Below the pieces are notes generated by a model. That model was not told where the DNA came from and ran no database searches. It worked only from the letters and a program-made list of their open reading frames with translations. From Candidatus Bathyarchaeota archaeon (GTDB lineage: Archaea; Thermoproteota; Bathyarchaeia; Bathyarchaeales; Bathycorpusculaceae): a stretch of 64,000 nt of DNA. Both the position numbers and the translations under genes were made by a program. Location of the stretch: contig CAVYHV010000028.1 of the NCBI GenBank assembly GCA_963768425.1, positions 38,911 through 102,910 of the forward strand. The letters run 5' to 3'. Below are positions 19,738 through 30,465 of this stretch, piece by piece (position 1 is the first letter of the stretch; every line of letters starts with the position of its first letter).

Positions 19738-21240
19738 ATGAATCGCATGGCAAACAACAGCGTAGATATAATCTTAACCGCTGACAGAACCCTAATGAGC
19801 AATTATCACGGCAACCAGTTCTTGGGGTTTGGCACATGTGCGCCATCTAACTTCATCCCAGACGTGCTCTATAGCTACCTGTTTTTTCCGCCGGTAAAAA
19901 CAAACAAAGGGCTGCCGACTTCTGCGCCATACGGATTAAGAAAAATTGAAGCTCAACTGCTTAAAGAAGGCTTCAATGTTCTAACAGTCAGCCCGCAGCA
20001 TCTTCGAAAATACCTGAACGGGACGCAAAGTCATCGGTATCCACACTATGGACCCATTCGGGTTCGGTCCTGCTTCAACCACTCTCGCGTCACTTTTCCA
20101 AAAAGAACCCTTCCTATCAAGGCACTTCCACAGTTTAGTCACCAGTCCCATCATTAGAGAAGCAAAACAAAATGGAACAAAAGTAGTAGTAGGCGGTCCC
20201 GGCGCATGGCAATTCCGCTACAGACCTCAACTTGTAGAGAAGAAAATCGTCGACTGTGTCATGGAAGGGGAAGCTGAAAACGTAATCGGGAAACTCTTCA
20301 AATCTGCTCTGAACGGCGAGAGCCTTCCGAGCCACTTTGAAGTCCCTGCTAAAGACGTACCCAACATTGGAGGAAATCCCAGATATCGTGAATCCGTCTG
20401 TTAACGGCTTGGTTGAGCTTGGACGGGGATGCTGCAGAGGATGCGAATTCTGCAACGTCACGCTTAAGACCTCTGCGTTGGTACCCGCTTGAAAAGATCA
20501 TTCGGGAAATCGCGGTCAACGTGGAAGTGGGCAAACAGAGAGTTATATGCCTGCATTCCGAAGACGTCATGCTGTATGGTTCAAAAAACGCTGTGCCGGA
20601 CGATGAAAAACTGCTTAAACTCCACGAAACCGTAATGAGCAAAGTAAAGACGATAAGTTGGAGCCACTGTTCGCTTGCCGCCGTAGCTTCAAAACCCCAA
20701 CTTGTAGCTAAACTCTCGGAAATCATTCTTCAAAAGCAGGCGTGGTGGGGAGCCGAAATCGGGCTTGAAACAGGTTCAGCCCAGCTCGCTAAAAAAATTA
20801 TGCCTGCCAAAGCTTTCCCTTTCAAAGTTGAAGAGTGGCCTCAGGTTGCGCGCCAAGGTTTCGGGATAATGCATGACCACAAGCTGATTCCCGCAGCAAC
20901 ACTTATCGTTGGTCTCCCTGAAGAGACAGAGGACGACATCATAAAAACGATGGAATTTTGGACGATGTTAAAGACTGTAGAAGCCTAATCGTGCCCCTGT
21001 ACTTTGTTCCGTTGGGCAGATTGAAAAACAAGGAATGGTTCAGGGAAACACAAGTCAACAAGCTTCATGAGGAACTAATGTTTAAATGCGCAGAGCATTG
21101 CCTTCGCTGGGTAGACAACATTCTAGACTATGTCCTTTATGGATAAGGGATATAGGGTTCCGCTCAAGCAAGCTTACAAGGTTTTCGCCGGATTAATAAA
21201 ACGGCAAATAAGGCAAGTTGAAGTCACGGAACTCCCCTAA
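19738..21240 (+). CDS. B12-binding radical SAM protein of the Grs/Gms-like (GDGT lipid-modifying) family, frameshifted
   Basis: IILTADRTLMSNYH..FLGF...APYGLRKIEA N-terminus, VVVGGPGAWQ, RGCCRGCEFC (frame-corrected), EIGLETGS. Confidence 0.75.
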
Positions 21241-21328
21241 AAATAAATGTCTTCTCAAAATCTATTCTATTCCTTTTTCAAAACTTTAATACTTCATTCC
21301 AATTCAGTTTAGGCTGAGGCGCAATATT

Positions 21329-22040
21329 TTGCAAAGCAATTCTGGCGAAAAAGTTGAAGACAAACGCAGCGTTAAAGTAATAAAAAATGGATCATACCTA
21401 ATTGTAGGACCCATACCCCTATTCCCCATGACAATAGCGTGCGACGGAAAAGGAACCCCGATTAAAGTGGGCTATAGGGGACAAGTTCACCACGACCCAA
21501 AGCTACCTCTTGTGTCGATGCGGACAATCAAACAAAAAACCGTTCTGCGATAGCAGCCACGTAAAAGTCAAATTTGACGGAACGGAAACCAGCCAAAATG
21601 AGCCCTTCGAAAAAATGGCACAGGAAATCGACGGCCCCGAAATGAAGCTTTATGATGCCGTGCCGCTTTGTGCTTCAGCCCGTTTTTGCCACAGGGGAGG
21701 AGACATCTGGGATGTGATTCATCGCACAGACATGCCTGAGGCAAAGAAAAACGTTGTTGAAAACAGTTCCGACTGCCCTTCTGGCAGACTTGTGGCTTAC
21801 GACAAGAAAACCGGAGTGAGGATTGAGCCTGTGTTGGACAAATCGATCGGCGCCATCGAAGACCCGGCCATCGGAACAAGCGGACCGCTTTGGGTTCGGG
21901 GCGGAATTCCAGTTTACTCTGCTGATGGGAAACTCTATGAGATGCGAAACCGCGTGACTCTTTGCCGCTGTGGAAAATCGCAGAATAAACCGTTTTGTGA
22001 CAGCAGCCATTATCCAGAAGAGGATAGAGAGGTGAAATGA
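21329..22040 (+). CDS. CDGSH iron-sulfur domain protein (two CDGSH domains), frameshifted
   Basis: CRCGQSNKKPFCDSSH and CRCGKSQNKPFCDSSH. Confidence 0.9.
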
Positions 22041-22346
22041 ATGGCAGATGACAGTTTTGAGCGAAGTGTGAAGTCTAAGGAGAAGGCGTATGTGCTTTTT
22101 TATGCTTCATGGTGCCATTTTTCACAAGCGTTCTTGCCGATTTTCAAAGAGTATGCTAAACAACACCCGGATGAATGCATAAGCGTTTTAATTGATGATA
22201 AGCCAGACGTATGCGACAAATACCAAATTGACTATTACCCGACGGTGCTGCTTTTCAAAAAAGGCAAAGTAGACAAGCGTCTTGACGCTGAGCCAGGGGA
22301 AGGGTTAACAAAGAAGCAGCTAATGCAGCTCACGCAAAGCAAATAA
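22041..22346 (+). CDS. Thioredoxin-fold protein (WCHFS, monothiol)
   Basis: FYASWCHFS...YPTVLLFKKG. Confidence 0.85.
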   Translation: MADDSFERSVKSKEKAYVLFYASWCHFSQAFLPIFKEYAKQHPDECISVLIDDKPDVCDKYQIDYYPTVLLFKKGKVDKRLDAEPGEGLTKKQLMQLTQSK

Positions 22347-22392
22347 GCCGCCTCTTAGGCTGAAACACATCTCAAATATTTTTTCGCTCTTT

Positions 22393-23586
22393 TTGAAGGT
22401 CAATGGAAAAAACCATATATCCCATGGCAATCCATCAGAAGCAAGTGACTTGATGTATAGGACTGGCGTTGCGAATCTGCCGCTTCACGGCGGAAAAGCT
22501 CCTTCTTGGCTTACAGTGCGAATGCGAAAATTGGCCAAGGAAATTGCTAACATTATGATTGAAGAATATGGCACGGCAACTTTTATTGAACGCTTGTCTG
22601 ACCCTTACTGGTTTCAAGCGTTCGGCTGCGTCTTAGCCTACGACTGGCATAGCAGTGGAGTAACCACAGTCGTCACAGGCATCCTAAAAACGGCACTTAC
22701 GCCTGAAGAGCACGGAATCGCGGTTTGCGGCGGCAAGGGCAAAACATCCAGGAAAACGCCGGGCGACATCGCTTCAGCAGGGGCAAAGTTCGGTTTTTCT
22801 GAAGAAACCGTCGAAACCTTGACTTATAGTAGCAAAATGGCTGCGAAAATTGACAACACTGCCATCCAAGCAGGTTACCAGCTGTATCATCATGCTTTTC
22901 TTGTCACTCGGGATGAGAAGTGGGCGGTAATCCAGCAGGGCATGAGCGAGAAAGACCGTTCGGCAAGGCGTTTTCATTGGCTGTCCGACAAAGTAACCGA
23001 TTTTGTTGTTGAACCTGAAAACGCTATAGTTGGCGATATAAAACGGGAAAGGGCGCTGAATATGGTGGCGAAAGAAAGTGAAGGTTCTCGCAAAGCATCC
23101 GTCGATTTGGCCAAGGAGCCTACACGTAAACTTATGAATCTCATTCAATGCGCGGCAAAACCATTGAACCAATCGTCCCTGCAAAAGTGGATGCCACAGA
23201 CCGACGACCCATGGCTTCAAACCCTAAGTAGCCTCAGCATGCCTCGAAACATAAACTGGGACACACTGAACCGCGTCTACGAGTTCCAACCCAAAAACTA
23301 CGAGGAACTTTTAAGCTTGAAAGGGGTTGGACCAGCCACCGTTCGAGGCTTAGCCCTTGTATCCGAGCTGGTTTACGGCGAAAAGCCAAGTTGGGAAGAC
23401 CCAGTCAAATTCAGCTTCGCTTACGGAGGCAAAGACGGCGTCCCCTTCCCAGTAGACCGCAAGGCAATGGACGAATCGATTCAAATCCTTAGGCAATCCG
23501 TGCAGGAAGCAAAAATAGGCGAGAAGGAAAAACTGCAGTCACTTCAAAGGCTAAGACGGTTTGTTCCCGAAAACGCAAATTCATAA
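22393..23586 (+). CDS. DUF763 family protein
   Basis: LPLHGGKAP.WL, DWHSSGVTT, GVGPATVRGL, FSFAYGGKDGVPFPV. Confidence 0.9.
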   Translation: MKVNGKNHISHGNPSEASDLMYRTGVANLPLHGGKAPSWLTVRMRKLAKEIANIMIEEYGTATFIERLSDPYWFQAFGCVLAYDWHSSGVTTVVTGILKTALTPEEHGIAVCGGKGKTSRKTPGDIASAGAKFGFSEETVETLTYSSKMAAKIDNTAIQAGYQLYHHAFLVTRDEKWAVIQQGMSEKDRSARRFHWLSDKVTDFVVEPENAIVGDIKRERALNMVAKESEGSRKASVDLAKEPTRKLMNLIQCAAKPLNQSSLQKWMPQTDDPWLQTLSSLSMPRNINWDTLNRVYEFQPKNYEELLSLKGVGPATVRGLALVSELVYGEKPSWEDPVKFSFAYGGKDGVPFPVDRKAMDESIQILRQSVQEAKIGEKEKLQSLQRLRRFVPENANS

Positions 23587-23660
23587 GCTTGAACCTTTCT
23601 GCAAAAACGAATAACTTTTATTGTTGCGGGTTCACTTATTTGCTTCGACTAGACCACGGT

Positions 23661-23829
23661 GGGGTCGTAGTCCAGCCAGGCTAAGACGGCGGGCTCCAGA
23701 AAGCAAGCAAAGGGTTTGCTGACCGAAAGGGATGACGAATCTCTGGAGCGGTCTTAGAGAAACCCGCAAAGATGAACATAGCGTCGTCTTGGGTAAAGGT
23801 CGTCGGTTCAAATCCGGCCGGCCCCACCA
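23661..23829 (+). tRNA. trnW: tRNA-Trp(CCA) with two introns (23700-23761 at 37/38; 23768-23796 at 43/44), CCA end encoded
   Basis: Acceptor GGGGTCG/CGGCCCC, anticodon arm GCGGG-CTCCAGA-CCCGC after splicing, T-arm GTCGG-TTCAAAT-CCGGC, BHB-like pairings. Confidence 0.92.
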
Positions 23830-24257
23830 AATTATCATAAAACAGTCTAACTCAGAGCATGTCTGATCGGTATCACAGACAGAGACAGACGGAGGGGGGT
23901 CCCATAATACCCATTTTTCCTAAACAGCGTAGCTTTGCTTGAAAGATTGGCAGCATTTGGAATGTATGTTAAGATTCAAAACGAAATTACGGCGACTTTG
24001 CAACGTTTGATAAGGACATACCAAAAGAAGGCGACCCAACTGACTTTGCAGGTTATGCACATGTGCTGGCGTTTGTCCAGGTACTTGAAAAACCCACAAC
24101 ACAGACAAGCCTACAAGAAATGAAACAGATGCTTGCAGAATTCAGCGAAAAATAGTCCTCAAACGGGCATGATAAGATTTGATAAAATTCTTAGTCAAGT
24201 ATTCTTAAATTACCCAACTTATCAATATCAACATAGTGTCAAAATGGATGTGATCCT

Positions 24258-25898
24258 GTGAAGTCACTACTAAACACATTCTTAGTAGTGTCAATAATTA
24301 TCAGTTTAATGTTAACGGGTAGTTGGAGTTTTGTGGCGGCGCAAAATTCTGCAATTGCTACTCCAACTCCAACGCTGACACCCGTATCTCAATCTTCATC
24401 AACCCCCTTTCAAGATTCCACTCCCATACCTACACCAACTCCTGAATTTCCCATTCGAACCAACGTTAATGGAACAATTAATGCAGACACTACATGGACC
24501 AAAGCAAATAGTCCTTACAACTTAACTGGACCAGTCACAGTTGATCCTGGGGTAACACTATCAATAGAACCTGGAACCATTGTTGACACTAGTTATCTGA
24601 ACTATCTTCTGATAAATGGCACAATAAACGCTCGCGGTACAATCAACGAGCCGATAAACTTCAACGACGGCGCGCCCGTAGGTGTACCAAACGGACTCGA
24701 CCTCCTATTTGGAGATTTTAGTGGCGGGGACGTTATTTTCTCGCCATCAAGTAGTAGGTGGAACCAACAGACGCAGTCGGGCAGCATCATTGAAAATGCC
24801 GTAATAGAAGACTTGGTAATTAGCGGAGGCGCACCAAAAATAAGCAATGATGCTTTTTTGAACATCGACATTTATGGAGGATCACCCGAAATCTCTAACA
24901 ATAACATTAAGGGTGGAATCGGCGTCTATGCGGGTTCAGCAGCGATTTCTAACAACATGATTTCCCAACAAGCCCATTATCTATGGGGTGTCTATGCTCA
25001 ACGTTATGACAGAAATAACGCAGCGATCTTCGTCGGCAACAATGCTTCCGTTATCATATCAAACAACCTATTCAATGGATATGTAAGTCAAGTGCCCGAT
25101 GGTATCGGTTTTGGAACAGAAGGATACACAGGTACCATCACAGCCAACATTGCAAACAATACAATTACTGGTTTCGTTGGCGGTGCAGGAATCGCTGTCT
25201 CCGCAGGGTCTGGCACCGTTTCAATTTTAAGCAATAGTATTTCCAGTTGCTACAACGGAGTCGAAGTTAACGACGTCGACCCAATCGAAGACGGCACACT
25301 TACAATTGCGACGGTCATGCAGGAAAATCTATTCACCAACAACACTCGCGGCGTCTACATAGGTTATCCAGCGGAAATCAGCAACAACACCATAAGCTAC
25401 AATCTTGAAGGAATTAGCATTTCTGCGGAATCATCAATAACTTACAATAACATAGTAGGCAACAATCAAAGCGTTTATTTATCAACTTCAAACAACATCA
25501 ACGCAAGCTACAACTGGTGAGGAACAACAGAGACCCAGTCAATAAGCCAATCAATCCACGACTCAAAAGTCGACCCCAATCTGGGAACAGTAAGCTTTAT
25601 CCCCTTCTTAACCGCACCCAACCCGCAAACAACCCTGAACACAAACTGGATAGCACCCACACCAACTGCGCCGCCTCCAAATACGTCAACCCCGACCCCC
25701 GCTGAATACGCAAGCCCATCGAATTACGCTCTTCCAACTCAAACACCTACTTCTTCATCGACAAAGAATCCCGCTTCATCAAACACACCCTCCGAAATCT
25801 ACGTCGCTTTAGTTCTGCTCCTCGCCATCTTTTCAGCTGCATTTGTAGCTGTGATGGCAATCCTTATACACGAAAGAAGGCGGAGTAGCCACCTATGA
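24258..25898 (+). CDS. Secreted/membrane-anchored parallel beta-helix (NosD/CASH-like) surface protein, in-frame TGA at 25518
   Basis: Signal peptide, PT-rich linker, WTKANSPY, xNNxI repeats, YNW*GTT (normally NWWG), C-terminal TM. Confidence 0.8.
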
Positions 25899-26599
25899 CG
25901 GTCGAGTTTTCAAATCTTCACAAAATCCTCAAAGACCCAACACGTAGAGACATCATTAGATGCCTTGGTGAAGCGGGTTCTTTGTCTTATGTCGATTTGA
26001 TGGCGCAGGCTAAGGTTACGAACACGGGAAGGCTCAATTATCACCTAAAAATCCTCAACGGCTTGATAGAAAAACAAGTTGACGGCAAATATGGCTTGAC
26101 AGAGAAAGGTCGCTTAGCAGTCCAACTGCTTGATCAGTTCTTAGAAGAAAAACCACGCACAAAACAGCAGAAATCGCGTGTGAAAAAGCTGACGCTTGTG
26201 GCTACGGTGCTTTTTGTCGCAATAATGGTGGCGTCGTCCCTGCTGATAATAACTTTGCAGCCAAAACACGAAGGCTTCAACGTAACATACTGGAAGCAGC
26301 AGCCAGACCAACTTCTACCCCAATCCAACGACATCCAATACGTCTTCAACATTACAGGCGCAGACAACTCCATCCAGTTAGCATCCAGCGAAACACTTGA
26401 CAGTCTCCTTGCGCCCCTAGTAGAAAAATATCCTGTCGCCACAATGACCCTAGACAACCAAACCTTCCCCGCATGGGCCAGCGAAGCATTAGGCAATGGA
26501 AAATTTATTTTCGAATTAACACTAAAAAACAGCCTGTCAATCGCACAACTTCAATCTTTGACGCAGGACCTAAAGCTAGCCTTGAAGACCACTCAATAG
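25895..26599 (+). CDS. ArsR-like winged-HTH protein with TM anchor and extracellular domain
   Basis: LKDPTRRDII...NTGRLNYHLKIL...YGLTEKG followed by a hydrophobic helix. Confidence 0.8.
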   Translation: MTVEFSNLHKILKDPTRRDIIRCLGEAGSLSYVDLMAQAKVTNTGRLNYHLKILNGLIEKQVDGKYGLTEKGRLAVQLLDQFLEEKPRTKQQKSRVKKLTLVATVLFVAIMVASSLLIITLQPKHEGFNVTYWKQQPDQLLPQSNDIQYVFNITGADNSIQLASSETLDSLLAPLVEKYPVATMTLDNQTFPAWASEALGNGKFIFELTLKNSLSIAQLQSLTQDLKLALKTTQ

Positions 26600-26626
26600 T
26601 TAAGGTTCGACTGCCCCGTAGTGTTT

Positions 26627-27031
26627 TTAGCTGATGTACCTTATTGGGGTGTAGATTTGCCCGGGTTCTTTAGGTTCGTCCCCCCACGTTAAGAGCCACT
26701 TGTTTGTGTCATCGGACATGGGGTCTTTGAACATTGTTATTTGTGAGTAGGCTGCGTCTTTTGCGTTCTTGTAGTTAGTCATGAGGTTTTTTAGGAGTTC
26801 GTCTGTCCAGTTGCAAACTATTGAAGCTTCGTTTCCCTGTGGATTGGTGGCGAGCAGGTGAAGGAAATAGTCGCCGACTGTAATGTCTTTGACTGGGCAG
26901 GTTTCGTCGGTTTTTTGCATGATTTCTATAGTGTGTACTTTGAAGGTACCGTCTTTGTCTTTTATGATTAGGTGGAAGTTTTTTCCTACGAAGTTTTTCA
27001 TGAAGCGCTTCATTAGGGTTATCTTTTTCAT
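26627..27031 (-). CDS. Hypothetical protein, divergent from ftsZ
   Basis: 134-aa ORF with GAGGAG SD. Confidence 0.65.
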   Translation of the reverse strand: MKKITLMKRFMKNFVGKNFHLIIKDKDGTFKVHTIEIMQKTDETCPVKDITVGDYFLHLLATNPQGNEASIVCNWTDELLKNLMTNYKNAKDAAYSQITMFKDPMSDDTNKWLLTWGDEPKEPGQIYTPIRYIS

Positions 27032-27281
27032 TTGGTCTTCTCCTCATTTGGTTGTTGGAGCAGGCGCTATATAAGGTATATTGCGAAACAAGTTATGTGT
27101 GTGAATGTTCTACAAATATGCATTTTGAAACAGGATTCACAATCTTTATATTCGTATATAGTGAGAATTACGATATAGGAAATAAATTGGGGGTATAAAA
27201 ATAGAAGCTCAACAACCGTTTGAATACGCTGAAACACCATATATTGAAACACAGGATGAAAAAATAGAAAAATTCGCTAAA

Positions 27282-28277
27282 ATGGCAGCACCAACACTTG
27301 TCGCAGTCGGATTAGGCGGCGCAGGATGCAACGTCATAACCTGGATCAAAGAAAAAGGCATCACAGGCGGCAAACTTGTCGCAGTAAACACCGATGCCAC
27401 ACACTTGAGAACAATCAAAGCAGACAAAAGAATCCTGATCGGTGAAAAACTCACCCGAGGCCTAGGCAGCGGAGGCTACCCGGAAGTAGGCGAAAAAGCA
27501 CTCTACGAAACAGCAAACGAAGTCATCCATGAACTACAGAGAGCCAACATTATCTTCATGATAGCAGGCTTAGGCGGAGGAACAGGAACAGGCTCAATCG
27601 TAGGCTTAGCTGAAACATTACACAGAAAAACCGCAGGCTCACCGATGGCGCCGTTGCTTGTAGGTGTAGTGACTCTTCCATTTGAAGTTGAAACTGCAAG
27701 AATGAATGCGGCTAAAAAAGGCTTGAATCGGCTCAAAGACTCGTGCGATACCGTCGTAGTGATAGACAACAACAGGCTGGTAAAAGTTGCTGGCAACTTG
27801 CCGTTCAGAGAAGCGCTGGGTGTAGCAAACACGACCGTTGGCAAATTCGTAAAGGGAGTAACTGAAACCATAACCACTGCAAGCCTCATCAACATGGACT
27901 ACGCGGACCTAAAAGCAATCATGACTGGGTCAGGCTTAGCGTCGATAGGCATCGGCGAAGGCACTGGCGAAACAAGAGTTGAACAGGCAGTCGAAAAAGC
28001 TTTGAACGGACGACTACTCGATATAGAAGACGTAACCAAGGCCAAAGGCTTACTGATCCATGTCTCAGGCGGAGAAGACCTAACACTCACCGAAGTCAAC
28101 CGAGCAGCTGAAATAATGAAACGTTCGTTGCCGCCGAAAACAAAGATCATCTGGGGTGCAAGAGTCGACAAGGAACTGCAAGGCGCCGTTTCAGTTATGG
28201 CTGTAATCACAGGCGTTGAAAGCGCGTTCTTACGGAGAACTGAAAAACACATAGGGCCATTAAGATTCAATAGATAA
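27282..28277 (+). CDS. ftsZ: Cell division protein FtsZ
   Basis: GLGGAGCN, AVNTD, GLGGGTGTG tubulin signature, INMDYAD T7 loop. Confidence 0.92.
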   Translation: MAAPTLVAVGLGGAGCNVITWIKEKGITGGKLVAVNTDATHLRTIKADKRILIGEKLTRGLGSGGYPEVGEKALYETANEVIHELQRANIIFMIAGLGGGTGTGSIVGLAETLHRKTAGSPMAPLLVGVVTLPFEVETARMNAAKKGLNRLKDSCDTVVVIDNNRLVKVAGNLPFREALGVANTTVGKFVKGVTETITTASLINMDYADLKAIMTGSGLASIGIGEGTGETRVEQAVEKALNGRLLDIEDVTKAKGLLIHVSGGEDLTLTEVNRAAEIMKRSLPPKTKIIWGARVDKELQGAVSVMAVITGVESAFLRRTEKHIGPLRFNR

Positions 28278-28366
28278 ATGAATCTTTTTCTTCCTTATTT
28301 TTATTTTTTTTCCTTTAGTGAATACTCAACTTTTGAGAGCCCTATTTAGAGTCAACGATCTTTTGC

Positions 28367-28436
28367 CTGTATATGCAAAGTGTATAAGCAAAATGTATAT
28401 GCATTGACCCGACCGGTAGGCTTGTGCACACAAGAA
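28367..28436 (+). repeat. Dispersed ~70-bp element, copy B
   Basis: Aligns by eye with 19533..19602. Confidence 0.8.
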
Positions 28437-28549
28437 CGCCGGACAAGAGCAGAAACAAGCCAGTCGAACATCATACAAACAGCTAAACAATATTCTTTGT
28501 AGCTAGAATTTATAAGATACGCGGATTCTTTTGCTCGGGAGATGACTTT

Positions 28550-29509
28550 ATGCCATTTACAGATGTTCCAACAATTGAAGCCGTAAAGCTCACAAAACGG
28601 TACGGTTCATTTGCAGCCGTTTCAGACTTGAACATAAAAATAGAAGGCTCAAAATGCGTTGGTTTCCTACGGCCGAACGGCGCGGGAAAAACAACAACGC
28701 TTAAGATGCTCACGGATTTGATTCGTCCATCTTCTGGAGAAGCTCTGATAAACGGTTTAAATGTTCACACTAACAAGAAGGCAGCTTTGGCATCAGTAGC
28801 TGCGCTTATTGAGACCCCTGAAATCTACCCTTCACTGACACCCCGTGAAGGATTGTCAATGATCGCAGAAATCAGAGGAGTTCCGGCTGCAGAAATCAAA
28901 AAGAGAATTGAAGAAGCCGTCTCCGAAGTCCATATGTCTGAGTGGATGGACAAGAGAGTCGGCAGATTCTCCAAAGGAATGAAACAAAGAATTTGCATTG
29001 CATCTGCACTTCTCAGCGACCCACGGATTCTTCTTTTAGACGAACCTACGAACGGACTGGATCCCAGAGGAATGAGCGAAGTCAGAGACATAGTCAAGAC
29101 TCTCAAGAGCAAGAAGAGACTGATCTTCATGAGCTCTCATCTTCTATCTGAAGTTTCGGAGGTATGCGACGAGGTCGCAATGATTGACCACGGTAAACTT
29201 CTTGTATACGACACAATTTCAAATGTAACAGCAAAGTTTTCTGGAGGGGCAAATGTGGTTGAAGTTTCCCTTAATCGCCCAATTGATTCCCAACTTGTCA
29301 CTGGGAATATCTCCAAGTTTGCAGGCGTAGTGTCAGCGGAGAAATTAGATGAAAAGGACATTAGGATCAGGTTTAGTGGGAAGGCATAGATGTGCAAGAA
29401 CGGCTTCTCTCTCAATTAGTAAACTTGAACATCGGAGTAATAAGTTACAAAGTGGCGTCTTCAGAACTTGAGGATGTCTATCTAAATCTGATTAAGGAAA
29501 CGGTGTGAT
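28550..29509 (+). CDS. ABC-2 exporter ATP-binding subunit (frameshift near 29385)
   Basis: PNGAGKTT, FSKGMKQR, LLLDEPT. Confidence 0.9.
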
Positions 29510-30374
29510 AAACATGCTTGAAACGCAAACAAACTCTGCAAATAAAGTGCCTGACAGCATGGCGCAAGTCCGAATTACAATGAAATATACGTTTCTCGAA
29601 TACATCAGGTCACGTAGGTTCTATATCCTGCTGGCATTAACTGTTATCATAGGATTGCTGCTTACAATTGTAGCGTTGTATCGACCTCAATTCTTCCCCG
29701 CAACGCAACTCGGATTCTTTTCAACTTGGTGGGGAATCTCCGCACCATTTGTAGTCGTGCTATCAGCGATTTTCGTGGGAGGCGACGCAATCTCAGGCGA
29801 ATTCCAAAATAAAACAGGCTATTTCGGTGTACCCAACCCGATTAGACGGTCATCAATATACATTGGAAAATATTTTGCCGCACTTCGTAGCATCTGCAAT
29901 AATGCTTGCGGTATTCACAGTGATTGCGGTCGCTAACGGTGTCCATTTTGCTCTCGGGTGTACCGTACCAATTCGGTGAATCGTTGCTTTTCACATGGTT
30001 CTACCTTGTTGCAGCTCTTGGTTTCACTTTCTTCTTTAGTTCATTATTCAAAAGCAGTTCAGTATCTATACTTGTAAGTGCCATTTTGTTGCTTGTTTGT
30101 CTTTTCACTTATCGACACGATAATCGTAAGGTTTGTTCAAATCGAACCATGGTTCCTCATCAACTATGGGTCCCAAATAATAGGAAACGTCCTAACATCA
30201 CCGTACCCAACGCATCAAGCAATGGTAACTACTACTGGCTTCAGAGCCAGCCAGACAGTCACCTACAACACGTTCAACGCGACCATACCCGAAGGGCTCG
30301 CCATCATGGGCATATACTTCATCGTCAGCTCTGTCTTAGGCTTGGTACTGTTCGAAAGAAAAGAATTCAACTAA
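29505..30374 (+). CDS. ABC-2 exporter permease (frameshifted)
   Basis: GGDAISGEFQNKTGY...PIRRSSIYIGKY; multiple TM; ends FERKEF. Confidence 0.85.
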
Positions 30375-30465
30375 ATGGAGCAATTAATGCATTTTAGTTG
30401 GAACCCAGCGAACGTCATGGATGATAGTAAAATTTAACTACTAAAACATACTAAGGCACGTTCTA

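Noticed and set aside
25518-25520. In-frame TGA as selenocysteine or TGA=Trp recoding
   Set aside because: It replaces a Trp in NWWG, TGA is a normal stop in many genes here, and the assembly is error-rich; a substitution error or nonsense mutation is more likely
23830-26599. Integrated element at tRNA-Trp, with 23935..24123 as an integrase remnant
   Set aside because: No duplicated tRNA 3' end found in the window and no recombinase catalytic motifs recognised
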